DNA of 64,000 nucleotides from Burkholderiales bacterium (GTDB lineage: Bacteria > Pseudomonadota > Gammaproteobacteria > Burkholderiales > SG8-41): contig JALHND010000002.1 of assembly GCA_022843705.1 (NCBI GenBank), positions 16,857 to 80,856 of the forward strand. Direction: 5' to 3'. Below, in pieces: positions 26,054 to 35,091 of this stretch; the stretch's first letter is position 1; every line of letters begins with the position of its first letter. The notes under the pieces were generated by a model. That model ran no database searches. It was not told the DNA's origin and worked only from the letters and a program-made list of their open reading frames with translations. The position numbers and the translations under genes were made by a program.

Positions 26054-27109
26054 ATGAAAATCCTGGTACTCCCCGGCGACGGCATCGGCCCCGAAATCAC
26101 CGCGGCGACACTCGCCGTCCTCGACCGCGCCAGCGCAAAATTCAAACTCGGCCTCGACTGGGATATGCGCGAAATCGGTTTCGCCGCCCTGAAAAAACAC
26201 GGCTCGACCTTCCCGGTTGAAATCCAGGAAGCCGCGCGCAAGGCGCCCGGCATCATCCTCGGCCCGGTGTCGCACCTCGACTATCTGGCCAAGGAACAGG
26301 GCGGCATCAATCCTTCGGGCTGGCTGCGCGTGCAGCTCGACCTGTTTGCCAACATCCGCCCGGCGAAATCGCGCATGGGCATGGGCCTGACCGGCAAACC
26401 GATCGACCTGGTGATTTTCCGCGAATGCACCGAGGGTTTTTACGGCGACCGCAACATGTTCATGGGCCGCGGCGAATTCATGCCGACCGAGGACGTTGCG
26501 ATCGCCATCCGCAAGGTCACCGCCAGGCAGTCGCGGCGCATCGCCGAAGTCGCCTTTGAATGGGCACGCAAGCGGCGCAAAAAGGTCACCGCCGTGCACA
26601 AGGCCAATGTGCTGCACATGTCCGACGGCCTGTTCCTGCGCGAAGTGCGCGCGGTCGCTGAAAAATATCCCGACGTGCAGCTCGATGAAAAAATCGTCGA
26701 TGCGATGGCCGCGCTGCTGGTGCGCATCCCCGACCAGTTCGACTGCATCGTCACCGGCAACATGTTCGGCGACATCCTGTCGGACGAGGCCTCGGAACTC
26801 TCGGGCGGCCTCGGCATTGCCGGCTCGACGATGACCGGCGACACCGCCTGCTGCGCGCAGGCCCAGCACGGCTCCGCCCCGGACATCGCCGGCCAGGACA
26901 AGGCCAACCCGGTATCACTGCTGCTGTCCTCGGTGATGCTGCTGGAATGGCTGGCGACCCGGCACCGGCGCCCGGAATTCGGGGCTGCGGCCAGGGCCAT
27001 CGAAACCGCCATCGATGCCGCATTGCAATCGCCCGCCACGCGCACCGTGGATCTCGGCGGCAGGCTGGGCACCCGGGCGTTTACCGAAAAACTGGTCGCG
27101 GCGCTCTAA
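26054..27109 (+). CDS. isocitrate/isopropylmalate dehydrogenase-family enzyme (tartrate/IPM dehydrogenase-like)
   Basis: ORF trimmed to MKILVLPGDGIGPEI at 26054. Contains NLFGDILSDE-type NMFGDILSDEAS and GSAPDIAG. Confidence 0.88.
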   Translation: MKILVLPGDGIGPEITAATLAVLDRASAKFKLGLDWDMREIGFAALKKHGSTFPVEIQEAARKAPGIILGPVSHLDYLAKEQGGINPSGWLRVQLDLFANIRPAKSRMGMGLTGKPIDLVIFRECTEGFYGDRNMFMGRGEFMPTEDVAIAIRKVTARQSRRIAEVAFEWARKRRKKVTAVHKANVLHMSDGLFLREVRAVAEKYPDVQLDEKIVDAMAALLVRIPDQFDCIVTGNMFGDILSDEASELSGGLGIAGSTMTGDTACCAQAQHGSAPDIAGQDKANPVSLLLSSVMLLEWLATRHRRPEFGAAARAIETAIDAALQSPATRTVDLGGRLGTRAFTEKLVAAL

Positions 27110-27121
27110 GCCGCATCGGTT

Positions 27122-27553
27122 TCATCGGCCCTGATCGGCCGCCGGACGCGACTCCGGCGGCCCCTTCAATTCCACGGTATTGCCTTCGGGATCGCTGATG
27201 TAGACCGAGGGCCCGTGGCCATCGGCGCCGTAGCGGGATTTGATCTCTCCCGGCACCACGCCATGGCGGATCAGTTGCGCGGTCAGCGTGCCGGGATCAA
27301 AGGGTTCTATGCGCAGGCACAGGTGGTCGAGATTGCGCCCTTCGGCCGCAGGCGCAGCCCCGCCCCGGCGTCCGATTTCACTGTCCACCGCGACCAGATC
27401 AATCAGCGAATTGCCCGCGCGCAGCTGCACCAGCCCGATGTCCGGCCGCTCGCGCTCCAGCGTGCAGCCCAGTACCGTGCAATAAAAATGGACCATGCGC
27501 GGCAGGTTCACGGCACGCAATACAACATGGTCAAGTCCGAGAATGCTGAACAT
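27122..27553 (-). CDS. VOC (glyoxalase/bleomycin resistance/dioxygenase) family protein
   Basis: 143-aa ORF with LDHVVLRAVNL...FY..VLG and DHLCLRI...YISDPEGNTVEL. Confidence 0.85.
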   Translation of the reverse strand: MFSILGLDHVVLRAVNLPRMVHFYCTVLGCTLERERPDIGLVQLRAGNSLIDLVAVDSEIGRRGGAAPAAEGRNLDHLCLRIEPFDPGTLTAQLIRHGVVPGEIKSRYGADGHGPSVYISDPEGNTVELKGPPESRPAADQGR

Positions 27554-27566
27554 GTTCCGGTCTCAC

Positions 27567-27598
27567 AAAAAAAACGCCGCTGCAGATGCGGCGGCGTC
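27567..27598 (-). terminator. intrinsic terminator downstream of gabD
   Basis: The minus strand reads GACGCCGCCGC-ATCT-GCAGCGGCG followed by T8. It ends only 14 nt upstream of the VOC-gene ATG. Confidence 0.85.
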
Positions 27599-27647
27599 AG
27601 GACGGCTGCTACAACGACGACTGCTACGGATCGGCAAAATATTGCCA

Positions 27648-27685
27648 GTATATAAGTATTTGATTTTATTAAATTATTTATTAAC
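27648..27685 (-). repeat. AT-rich element, copy 4
   Basis: The minus strand reads GTTAATAAATAATTTAATAAAATCAAATACTTATATAC. Positions 27648-27670 are 23/23 identical to 58569-58591. The element contains the TAA stop and the last codons of gabD. Confidence 0.85.
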
Positions 27686-29155
27686 GTCACCGATGCAGAG
27701 GTATTTCACCTCGACAAACTCCTCGATTCCGTACTTGGAGCCTTCGCGGCCGATGCCCGATTCCTTGATGCCGCCGAAGGGCGCGATCTCGTTGGAAATG
27801 ATGCCGACATTGATGCCGACGATGCCGGATTCGAGGCCCTCGGCAATGCGCCAGATGCGGCCGATGTCGCGGCTGTAGAAATACGACGCGAGTCCGTATT
27901 CGGTGTTGTTCGCCAGCTTCAGCAGTTCTTCTTCGGTCTTGAATCGGTACAGCGGCGCCACCGGGCCGAAGGTCTCTTCATGCGTGACCTTCATTTCGGT
28001 GGTGACGCCGGCCAGCACCGTGGGCTGGAAAAACTGTCCGCCCTTTTCGTGGCGCTTGCCGCCGGTCAGCACTTTTGCGCCCTTCTCCAGCGCATCGGCA
28101 ATATGCTCCTCGACTTTCTCCACCGCCTTCATGTCGATCAGCGGACCCTGCAGGTTGCCGTCCTCCAGTCCGTTGCCGACCTTCATCGCGGCGACCTTTT
28201 CGGACAGCATTTTCGCGAATTTGTCGTAGACGCCGTCCTGCACGAAGATGCGGTTGGCGCAGACGCAGGTCTGACCGGTGTTGCGGAACTTGGAGGCCAT
28301 CGCGCCTTCGACCGCGGACGCGAGGTCGGCGTCATCGAATACGATGAAGGGCGCGTTGCCGCCGAGCTCCAGCGACACCTTCTTCACCGTGCTCGCGCAC
28401 TGCTGCATCAGCAGCTTGCCGATTTCGGTGGAGCCGGTGAAGGTGAACTTGCGCACGATCGGATTGGTTGTCAGCTCCTTGCCGATCGGGCCGGCGGATC
28501 CGGTCACCACCGACAGCACGCCTTTCGGAATGCCGGCGCGTTCCGCCAGTTCGCACAGCGCCAGCGCCGAATACGGCGTCTGCGACGCCGGTTTGATCAC
28601 CATCGTGCAGCCGGCCGCCAGCGCGGGGCCGGCCTTGCGCGTGATCATCGCATTGGGAAAATTCCACGGCGTCACCGCGGCGCAGACTCCGATCGGCTGC
28701 TTGATGACGACGATGCGCTTGTCCGGTGCATGGGTCGGGATGGTGTCGCCATAGATGCGTTTGCCTTCCTCGGCGAACCACTCGATGAACGAGGCGCCGT
28801 AGGCGATTTCACCGCGCGACTCGGCGATCGGCTTGCCCTGCTCGACGGTCATCAGCTTCGCCAGGTCCTCCTGGTTGGCCATCATCAGCTCGAACCACTT
28901 GCGCAGGATGATGGAGCGCTCCTTCGCGGTTTTCGCGCGCCAGGCCGGCCAGGCGGCATTGGCGGCCTCGATTGCGCGCCGGGTTTCGGCGACGCCCATC
29001 TTCGGCACCGTGCCGACGGGCACGCCGGTCGCCGGGTTGACCACGGTCAGGGTCGACTTGTCATCGGCATCGACCCAGGCGCCGTCGATGTAACACTGCT
29101 GGCGGAACAGGCTGGGATCCTTCAGTTCGACGGGCGGCTTGGTTTTCTGCAGCAT
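27674..29155 (-). CDS. gabD: NAD(P)-dependent succinate-semialdehyde dehydrogenase
   Basis: ORF 27674-29254 trimmed to MLQKTKPPVELKDPSLFRQQCYIDG at 29155 (AGGAG RBS). Aldehyde-dehydrogenase motifs ELGGNAP and the catalytic Cys segment GQTCVCANR are present. Confidence 0.9.
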   Translation of the reverse strand: MLQKTKPPVELKDPSLFRQQCYIDGAWVDADDKSTLTVVNPATGVPVGTVPKMGVAETRRAIEAANAAWPAWRAKTAKERSIILRKWFELMMANQEDLAKLMTVEQGKPIAESRGEIAYGASFIEWFAEEGKRIYGDTIPTHAPDKRIVVIKQPIGVCAAVTPWNFPNAMITRKAGPALAAGCTMVIKPASQTPYSALALCELAERAGIPKGVLSVVTGSAGPIGKELTTNPIVRKFTFTGSTEIGKLLMQQCASTVKKVSLELGGNAPFIVFDDADLASAVEGAMASKFRNTGQTCVCANRIFVQDGVYDKFAKMLSEKVAAMKVGNGLEDGNLQGPLIDMKAVEKVEEHIADALEKGAKVLTGGKRHEKGGQFFQPTVLAGVTTEMKVTHEETFGPVAPLYRFKTEEELLKLANNTEYGLASYFYSRDIGRIWRIAEGLESGIVGINVGIISNEIAPFGGIKESGIGREGSKYGIEEFVEVKYLCIGDVNK

Positions 29156-29446
29156 GGTTCGGCTCCTGCGGATGGATGTTGTGTCCGGGACAAGGATGTC
29201 TTTCATCGCCCCGGATAATGAGTCAAATGAGTATAACAAAGGGAATTTGACCAATCTCCGACCAATAAAACGGCACGATCAGCGTGCATGGACGGATTCA
29301 GGCGCACCGTCATCGTGCCGTTAAAGGATTGCGGATGCTGTGTTTTTGCAACAGCGCCGGCGGCGCACGCCGCAACGCCAACGGCTTGTATATAATCGCC
29401 AAATCCGCCCGTTGCGGCACAAAAAATCAAGTCAAGGAAACGAAAC

Positions 29447-30349
29447 ATGCTCCATCTTGCCCGTCGCTTGCGCTCGGCCCTCGTCTGCGCCGTGCTCGGA
29501 CTCGGCGTGCTGGGCGGATGCGCCAGCACCGGCGACCCGCGCGATCCGCTGGAGCCCCTCAACCGCGGGATCTACACCTTCAACGACGGCGTGGACACCA
29601 TGTTCATCAAGCCGGCGGCCGAGGTCTACCAGGGCGTGGTCCCGGGCCTTGTGCGCACCGGCGTCAGCAACGTCTTCGCCAACATCAACGATGTCATCGT
29701 CGCGCTGAACAACCTGCTGCAGGGCAAGTTCGGCGCCGCGTTTTCCGACATCGGCCGCGTGCTGCTCAACACCACCGCGGGCCTGCTCGGCATTTTCGAC
29801 GTGGCGACACCCGCGGGACTGGAAAAACACGACGAGGATTTCGGCCAGACCTTCGGCTACTGGGGCGTCGGCGACGGCCCCTACCTGGTGCTGCCCTTCC
29901 TGGGGCCGCGCACCACGCGTGATGCGGTGGGCACCGTGGTCTACATGGCCGTCGATCCGGTCTCGAACATCAATCCGCCGCGTGACCGCAACCAGATTGC
30001 CGCGCTGCGCCTGGTTTCCGACCGTGCAAACCTGCTCAGTGCCAGTCGCATTCTCGCGGTCGCCGCGCTGGACGAGTATGAATTCGTGCGTGATGCCTAC
30101 CTGCAGCGCCGCCGCAACCTGATTTACGACGGCAACCCGCCGCGGGAAAAACTGGACGGCTCATCACTTCCCGGCGGACTGATTCCGCAATCGGCGAATC
30201 CTGCCGCCGAAGGCAGTAGGCTGTGGAGCGGCGAACTGCCGACACCGGCGGAAGAGGAAGCCGCCCGCCGCGATGCCGGTCTGGCGCGTCCGGACACGGC
30301 CGGCATCACCGCGATGTCAGCGGTGGTCTCCGGCATCACGCCGCGCTGA
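29447..30349 (+). CDS. mlaA: MlaA/VacJ-family outer-membrane lipoprotein
   Basis: 300-aa ORF with a lipobox (LGGC), then DPLEPLNRGIYTFND...LNNLLQGK...TTAGLLGIFDVA...EDFGQTFGYWG. Confidence 0.9.
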   Translation: MLHLARRLRSALVCAVLGLGVLGGCASTGDPRDPLEPLNRGIYTFNDGVDTMFIKPAAEVYQGVVPGLVRTGVSNVFANINDVIVALNNLLQGKFGAAFSDIGRVLLNTTAGLLGIFDVATPAGLEKHDEDFGQTFGYWGVGDGPYLVLPFLGPRTTRDAVGTVVYMAVDPVSNINPPRDRNQIAALRLVSDRANLLSASRILAVAALDEYEFVRDAYLQRRRNLIYDGNPPREKLDGSSLPGGLIPQSANPAAEGSRLWSGELPTPAEEEAARRDAGLARPDTAGITAMSAVVSGITPR

Positions 30350-30369
30350 CCGCCGCCCGTCCCGCCTGA

Positions 30370-31383
30370 TCAGGACGACGCGCCGGCTGCCGGCGCGCCC
30401 CCCGGCGTCGTCTTCTTGACGTTGTCCATCACCGCCATAGCCGAACTCACCAGTGTCGCCACGTCGGCGACATTGGCCGGCACGATCAGCGTGTTGTTGG
30501 TGCGCGCGAGATGGGCGAAAGCGTTCACGTACTGCTTTGCCACCTCGAGGTTTGCCGCCTGGTTGCCGCCGGGGCCGTTCAGGGCCTGGGCCACGGTGCT
30601 GATCGCACCCGCGGTGGCTTCCGCGATCAGCTGGATGCGCGCCGCCTCGCCCTGGGCGCGGTTGATCGCCGCAGTCTTGTCACCTTCCGACTTCAGCACC
30701 GCCGCCTGCTTCTCGCCGTCGGCGAGGTTGATCTCCTCCTGGCGCTGACCTTCGGACTTGGCAATCAGCGCGCGCTTCTCGCGCTCGGCGGTGATCTGCG
30801 CCTGCATCGCGCGCAGGATCGAGTCCGGCGGCGTCAGGTTCTTGATCTCGTAACGCAGCACCTTGACGCCCCAGGTGCGCCCCGCCTCGTCGAGCACCGA
30901 CACCACCTGGCGGTTGATCTCGTCGCGGCTCTCGAAGGTCTTGTCCAGCTCCATCTTGCCGATCTCCGAACGCAGCGTGGTCTGCGCGAGCTGGGTCACC
31001 GCCGAGATGTAATCCGAGGATCCGTAGGATGCGAGCTTGGGGTCGGTCACCTGGTAATAGATGATGCCGTCGACGCCGAGCTGGGTGTTGTCGCGGGTGA
31101 TGCAGACCTGCTCCGGCACGTCGAGCGGCGTCTCCTTCAGCGAGTGGCGGTAGGCCACCTTGTCGAGGAAAGGCACGATCACGTTGAGGCCGGGCTCGAG
31201 GACACCGTGGAACTTGCCCAGCCGCTCGATCACCCAGGCCATCTGCTGCGGCACCTGGCGGATCGATTCGATGGCCACCACGACACCCAGGGCCACCACG
31301 AAGAAGGGCACTGCAAACGAACGCTGATCGAAGGCGATCAGCATGCCGGTCAGGAAAACTACGATGATCAGTTTTGGAAACAT
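30370..31383 (-). CDS. SPFH/band-7 (stomatin/QmcA-like) membrane protein
   Basis: 337-aa ORF with an N-terminal TM helix and an SPFH core (VIERLGKFHGVLEPGLN...TRDN...YQV.DP). A coiled-coil region is rich in AEREKRA. Confidence 0.9.
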   Translation of the reverse strand: MFPKLIIVVFLTGMLIAFDQRSFAVPFFVVALGVVVAIESIRQVPQQMAWVIERLGKFHGVLEPGLNVIVPFLDKVAYRHSLKETPLDVPEQVCITRDNTQLGVDGIIYYQVTDPKLASYGSSDYISAVTQLAQTTLRSEIGKMELDKTFESRDEINRQVVSVLDEAGRTWGVKVLRYEIKNLTPPDSILRAMQAQITAEREKRALIAKSEGQRQEEINLADGEKQAAVLKSEGDKTAAINRAQGEAARIQLIAEATAGAISTVAQALNGPGGNQAANLEVAKQYVNAFAHLARTNNTLIVPANVADVATLVSSAMAVMDNVKKTTPGGAPAAGASS

Positions 31384-31425
31384 GCCGGGCTCTCCGTCAC
31401 GATGGTCGGTTGTCGAAAACTGCGC

Positions 31426-31857
31426 TCACTGCGGCCGCGCAGACGACACGCGCAGCGTATTGCCGTCGACCGCATGGATGTAGAACACCCTGCCGTCCGG
31501 CGTGCGTTCGCCGGTGACCTGCGCCTCCCACTGCGCATTGCGGTAATTGACGCGGGCAAGCCCGTCGGCCTCGCTGATCCACGCATCCAGCGTCACCGCC
31601 TGTCCGACATCGAGTCCCGGCCCCTGCATGGCCTGCGCCGCCCGCGCGCTGCCGCGGAAACGCTTCACCAGCAGCACGCCGATCACCGACACCCCGGTGA
31701 TCACCACGGCCTGCACCCAGAACGATCCGCCGAACCAGGCAACGGCCGCGGCGGACAGCGCGGCAATCCCCAGGACCAGCAGGTAAAACGTGCCGGTCAG
31801 CATTTCGATGATGATCAGCGCAATGCCGGTCACCGCCCACAGCAGATACGCATCCAT
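31426..31857 (-). CDS. NfeD-family membrane protein
   Basis: 143-aa ORF with three TM helices plus a C-terminal OB-like domain. It lies immediately upstream of the SPFH gene, which is the canonical pairing. Confidence 0.85.
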   Translation of the reverse strand: MDAYLLWAVTGIALIIIEMLTGTFYLLVLGIAALSAAAVAWFGGSFWVQAVVITGVSVIGVLLVKRFRGSARAAQAMQGPGLDVGQAVTLDAWISEADGLARVNYRNAQWEAQVTGERTPDGRVFYIHAVDGNTLRVSSARPQ

Positions 31858-31933
31858 TCTTTTCCCCTCCCGTTCCAGCGCGCTTCGGTGGCCGAAGCAT
31901 AACCAAGCCCCGGTTGAGCGTCCACGCCGCCCG

Positions 31934-32698
31934 TCAGAGCCGCAATCCCCCGAGCCAGGCTGCTATGCGCTGCGCAGCCTCCCGCCAGCGGACGTCCAGC
32001 ATCATCGCATGCGCCGTGTCCGGCAGTATTTCCAGTTCGCCGCGGTGCCATTGCGCAGTCCCCTCCACCGCAGACGGCGGGAACAGGCGGTCATCAGCGG
32101 CCGCGAACACTTTCACCGGAATGTCCGCCGCTTCGATCCAGGGCTGCTGCGGCCAGCTCAGGTCAAACAGCGCACGCTGCGACTCGTTGCGCATGCGCCG
32201 CAGGTGGCGCCAGGCCTCGGCAGCCGGCATAGACTCCGAAAAAATCGCCTGCTGCAGCCGCGCAGAAGCCGAGTGAGTCCCGGAGAAGTTCTGCAAACCA
32301 TTGATTTCAATATATATTTCAGGAGAATTCAGGGCCAGCATCAGGCTGCTGCCGAGCACCCCCTGCAGCGGCACCGGCGCCAGCAGCGCCAGCGCAGGCG
32401 CCTGCGCGCGCCGCCAGGCACGCTGCACAACAACCGCACCCATGGAATGGCCCAGCAGCACCGGCGGCTCGCCGATGGCATCCACCGCCGCCAGCACATC
32501 CCCGACATAGTCCTCGATCGACGCAAAGCCGGCCTCTTCGCCGTCAACGCCGTGCCCGCGCAGATCCACCGCCCAGGTGTCGTAACCGCGCTCCGCAAAA
32601 TACGGCAGGAAGTACTCATCCCAGCACCAGGCACCGCAAAAAGCGCCATGCACGAACAGCAGCGGCCTGCCGTTCGTGCGTAATGTCGCGCGGCGCAC
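31934..32698 (-). CDS. alpha/beta hydrolase
   Basis: ORF 31934-32806 trimmed to the GTG at 32696-32698, giving MRRATLRTNGRPLLFVHG. The nucleophile elbow is GHSMG. The start is uncertain. Confidence 0.7.
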   Translation of the reverse strand: MRRATLRTNGRPLLFVHGAFCGAWCWDEYFLPYFAERGYDTWAVDLRGHGVDGEEAGFASIEDYVGDVLAAVDAIGEPPVLLGHSMGAVVVQRAWRRAQAPALALLAPVPLQGVLGSSLMLALNSPEIYIEINGLQNFSGTHSASARLQQAIFSESMPAAEAWRHLRRMRNESQRALFDLSWPQQPWIEAADIPVKVFAAADDRLFPPSAVEGTAQWHRGELEILPDTAHAMMLDVRWREAAQRIAAWLGGLRL

Positions 32699-32727
32699 GA
32701 TGCAGTGCGGCTGCGCCTTGCCGCCGC

Positions 32728-33600
32728 TCAATTCAGCCTTGCCACCGCGGCCGCGAGATCTGCCATCTGCGCGCGCACCGCCTCGGCATCGGCTGCGCCG
32801 GGGCATTGCCTGAGGTAGGTGCCGAAATCACCCAATGCGGCGCGGAAACACTCCAGCCTCAGGTAAATGCCGCCGCGGTCGCGGTACTCCTCGCCGGCAT
32901 CATCGGGGTGCAGCGCAATCAGACGCTCGCTTGAGGACAAGGCACGCAGCCAGTCCTCCTGCCGCGCATAAACCGTCTTCAGGTTGCGCAGCATCCGCGC
33001 CAGCACTTCCTTGTTCGGGGCGGCGCCCAGCAACTGCGTCAGCACCGCTTCGTCGATGTTGCCATCGCCGCCGGCATCGCGCAGGCGCTGCTGCAGCTCT
33101 TCCACCCCCAGCGACAGGCCGCGGCTGTACGGATCAAGGATCACCACCCCGTCGCGCAGCGCGCACTTGACCAGGAAATGCCCGGGGAAGGACACCCCGT
33201 GCAGGCCGAGCCCGATGCGCCGCCCGACCTCGATGTAGACCAGGCCCAGCGTGAGCGGAATGCCGAGGCGGCGCTCCAGCACCTCGTTGAGGAAACTGTT
33301 GCGCGGATCGTAATAGTCATCCGCGTTGCCGGAGAAACCCAGCTCGTTGAACAGGTAATGGTTCAGGGCCAGCAGTTTTTCCGCGGTCGCCACGTCGGCG
33401 CGCAGGCGCCCGCGCAGCGTCGCCGCCATGTCGTGCAGCTGCCGGAGGTAATCGTCGACCACCAGGCCCGGATACTCCCCGGCGGCAATCCACAGGGCCC
33501 CCTCGGCCAGCGACACATCCTCGTCGCGCATGCGCGCGATGCGGCGCCATTCCGCTGCGGCACGCGCTTCCGGCGAATAACCGCGCGCCGCGCCGCTCAT
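32728..33600 (-). CDS. SirB1-like protein (transglutaminase-like N-domain plus TPR)
   Basis: Trimmed to MSGAARGYSPEA at 33600. Contains NHYLFNELGFSGN...YYDPRNSFLNEVLERRLGIPLTL and a C-terminal TPR-like region. Its ATG overlaps the upstream stop (ATGA). Confidence 0.7.
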   Translation of the reverse strand: MSGAARGYSPEARAAAEWRRIARMRDEDVSLAEGALWIAAGEYPGLVVDDYLRQLHDMAATLRGRLRADVATAEKLLALNHYLFNELGFSGNADDYYDPRNSFLNEVLERRLGIPLTLGLVYIEVGRRIGLGLHGVSFPGHFLVKCALRDGVVILDPYSRGLSLGVEELQQRLRDAGGDGNIDEAVLTQLLGAAPNKEVLARMLRNLKTVYARQEDWLRALSSSERLIALHPDDAGEEYRDRGGIYLRLECFRAALGDFGTYLRQCPGAADAEAVRAQMADLAAAVARLN

Positions 33601-34604
33601 GTCCGCCTCGCCAGCGGCAGGTTCAGCAGCAGGTTCTGCGGTTTCAGCCGCAGGCTGCCGTCCGGAGTCATGGCGATGCCGAGGAACACCGGCGCCCCGC
33701 GCATTTCCGGCTGCAGCGCGCCCACATCCGCGAAATCCATGCGGAACAGGCCGACGATCCGGCGCATGCGCTCTTCGTCCACCTCGCCGCCGGCATAGAT
33801 TTCGTTGAGCATCGCGGTGGCCTCGACATCCAGTCCGACATGCCAGAGCCAGTCCTCGTCGGGTATCTCGCGCACCGGCGTCACCTTGACCGCCGTGCCG
33901 TGGAAATGCCCGACCCAGCGCTCCAGCATCCCGCACAGCGCCAGCGAACCGGGCAGCCCGGGATTGATCTGCAGGGCGGTATCGCGGCGTTCGTCACGAT
34001 TGAAATACTCCATGTGATTGCCGTCATCGAGCACGTCAAGCTCCAGCGAGCGCAGCGGCGCATTGACTTCGCGCAGCATGCGCCCGAGGTTGCCGAGCCC
34101 CCCGCTTTCCGCATGCAGGTTAACCGTCTCGGCATCGGCGAGCATCACCGCGCCCTCATTGATGCTGACCCGCTGCTGGCGGAAAAACACCTCGGCGGCA
34201 CGCACCAGCAGTCCGCTGTCGCAGCCCTCAAGCAGGCCGCGCAGGATGACTTCAACGGTATGGTGGACAAACGGCGGCGGCACCGCGACGTCATCCCGGA
34301 ACAGGCCGCTGTAAAAAGCCTCCAGCGTCGGCGCAGCCAGCAGCTGGCCGCGGAAACGCAGCATCACACGGTAGTTTTCGCGGGCATCCGGGTCGGCCAG
34401 GGCTTCGATTTCGGCTTCGCCGACAGGTCGGCGCGGCGTTTCGAGCAGCGCCTCATGCAGATGCCGTTCGGCCGCGCAGGAGTCCGCCACCGGCGCCAGT
34501 TCGGGACGCGCGTAATAGAGACGAAGGTAATCGTCGGTGACGAGCAGGCGCCCGTCGGGCGCCCGATCGAGCAGGTGATAGCCGCAGCGCTGCCAGAAAT
34601 CCAT
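33597..34604 (-). CDS. conserved hypothetical protein (DUF6352-like by recollection)
   Basis: 335-aa GC3-rich ORF, translationally coupled to the SirB1-like gene. I see no recognisable catalytic motif. Confidence 0.6.
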   Translation of the reverse strand: MDFWQRCGYHLLDRAPDGRLLVTDDYLRLYYARPELAPVADSCAAERHLHEALLETPRRPVGEAEIEALADPDARENYRVMLRFRGQLLAAPTLEAFYSGLFRDDVAVPPPFVHHTVEVILRGLLEGCDSGLLVRAAEVFFRQQRVSINEGAVMLADAETVNLHAESGGLGNLGRMLREVNAPLRSLELDVLDDGNHMEYFNRDERRDTALQINPGLPGSLALCGMLERWVGHFHGTAVKVTPVREIPDEDWLWHVGLDVEATAMLNEIYAGGEVDEERMRRIVGLFRMDFADVGALQPEMRGAPVFLGIAMTPDGSLRLKPQNLLLNLPLARRT

Positions 34605-34672
34605 GATGAATGCCCGATCCAGCGGGCATTATGCCACGGCAGAGGCGGCAACCGGCGCGCCGGCAAACCGGC

Positions 34673-34798
34673 TCAGCGCCGTTTAAGCAGGGACAGCTCT
34701 TCCTCGAAATCCGCGGCCATCTCGAAGGCGTCATCCAGTTCGGATTCGTCCGCATCATCCTCGAAGTCGAGGTCCCAGTCGTTGCGGTCCATGTCCAT
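34673..34798 (-). CDS. candidate 41-aa highly acidic microprotein
   Basis: My own minus-strand reading is MDMDRNDWDLDFEDDADESELDDAFEMAADFEEELSLLKRR, followed by a stop. Codons are GC3-rich and the RBS is weak. It is too short to appear in the supplied ORF track. Confidence 0.35.
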   Translation of the reverse strand: MDMDRNDWDLDFEDDADESELDDAFEMAADFEEELSLLKRR

Positions 34799-34970
34799 TT
34801 CCGTAATCCCGTCACTTTTGCTGAGACTGCAGTCTGCGGCAGACACAATCCCCGCAAGCCGCGGATTACCGGCGGCTACCGGCCCTTTTTCCGCATTTGG
34901 CGGGGCGATGGTGCATCAGGCAGATGAAGAACTCATGACACCGGACTGCAGTACGCAAGTTAGCGGACGG

Positions 34971-34976
34971 TATAAT
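34971..34976 (+). promoter_or_regulatory. -10 element (TATAAT) for the tRNA gene
   Basis: A perfect TATAAT lies 8 nt upstream of the mature tRNA 5' end. There is no convincing -35. Confidence 0.5.
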
Positions 34977-34984
34977 CCGCGCTG

Positions 34985-35060
<76 letters not shown>

Positions 35061-35091
35061 AAAAACAGGCACACAAGGAACCGGCGCTGAC

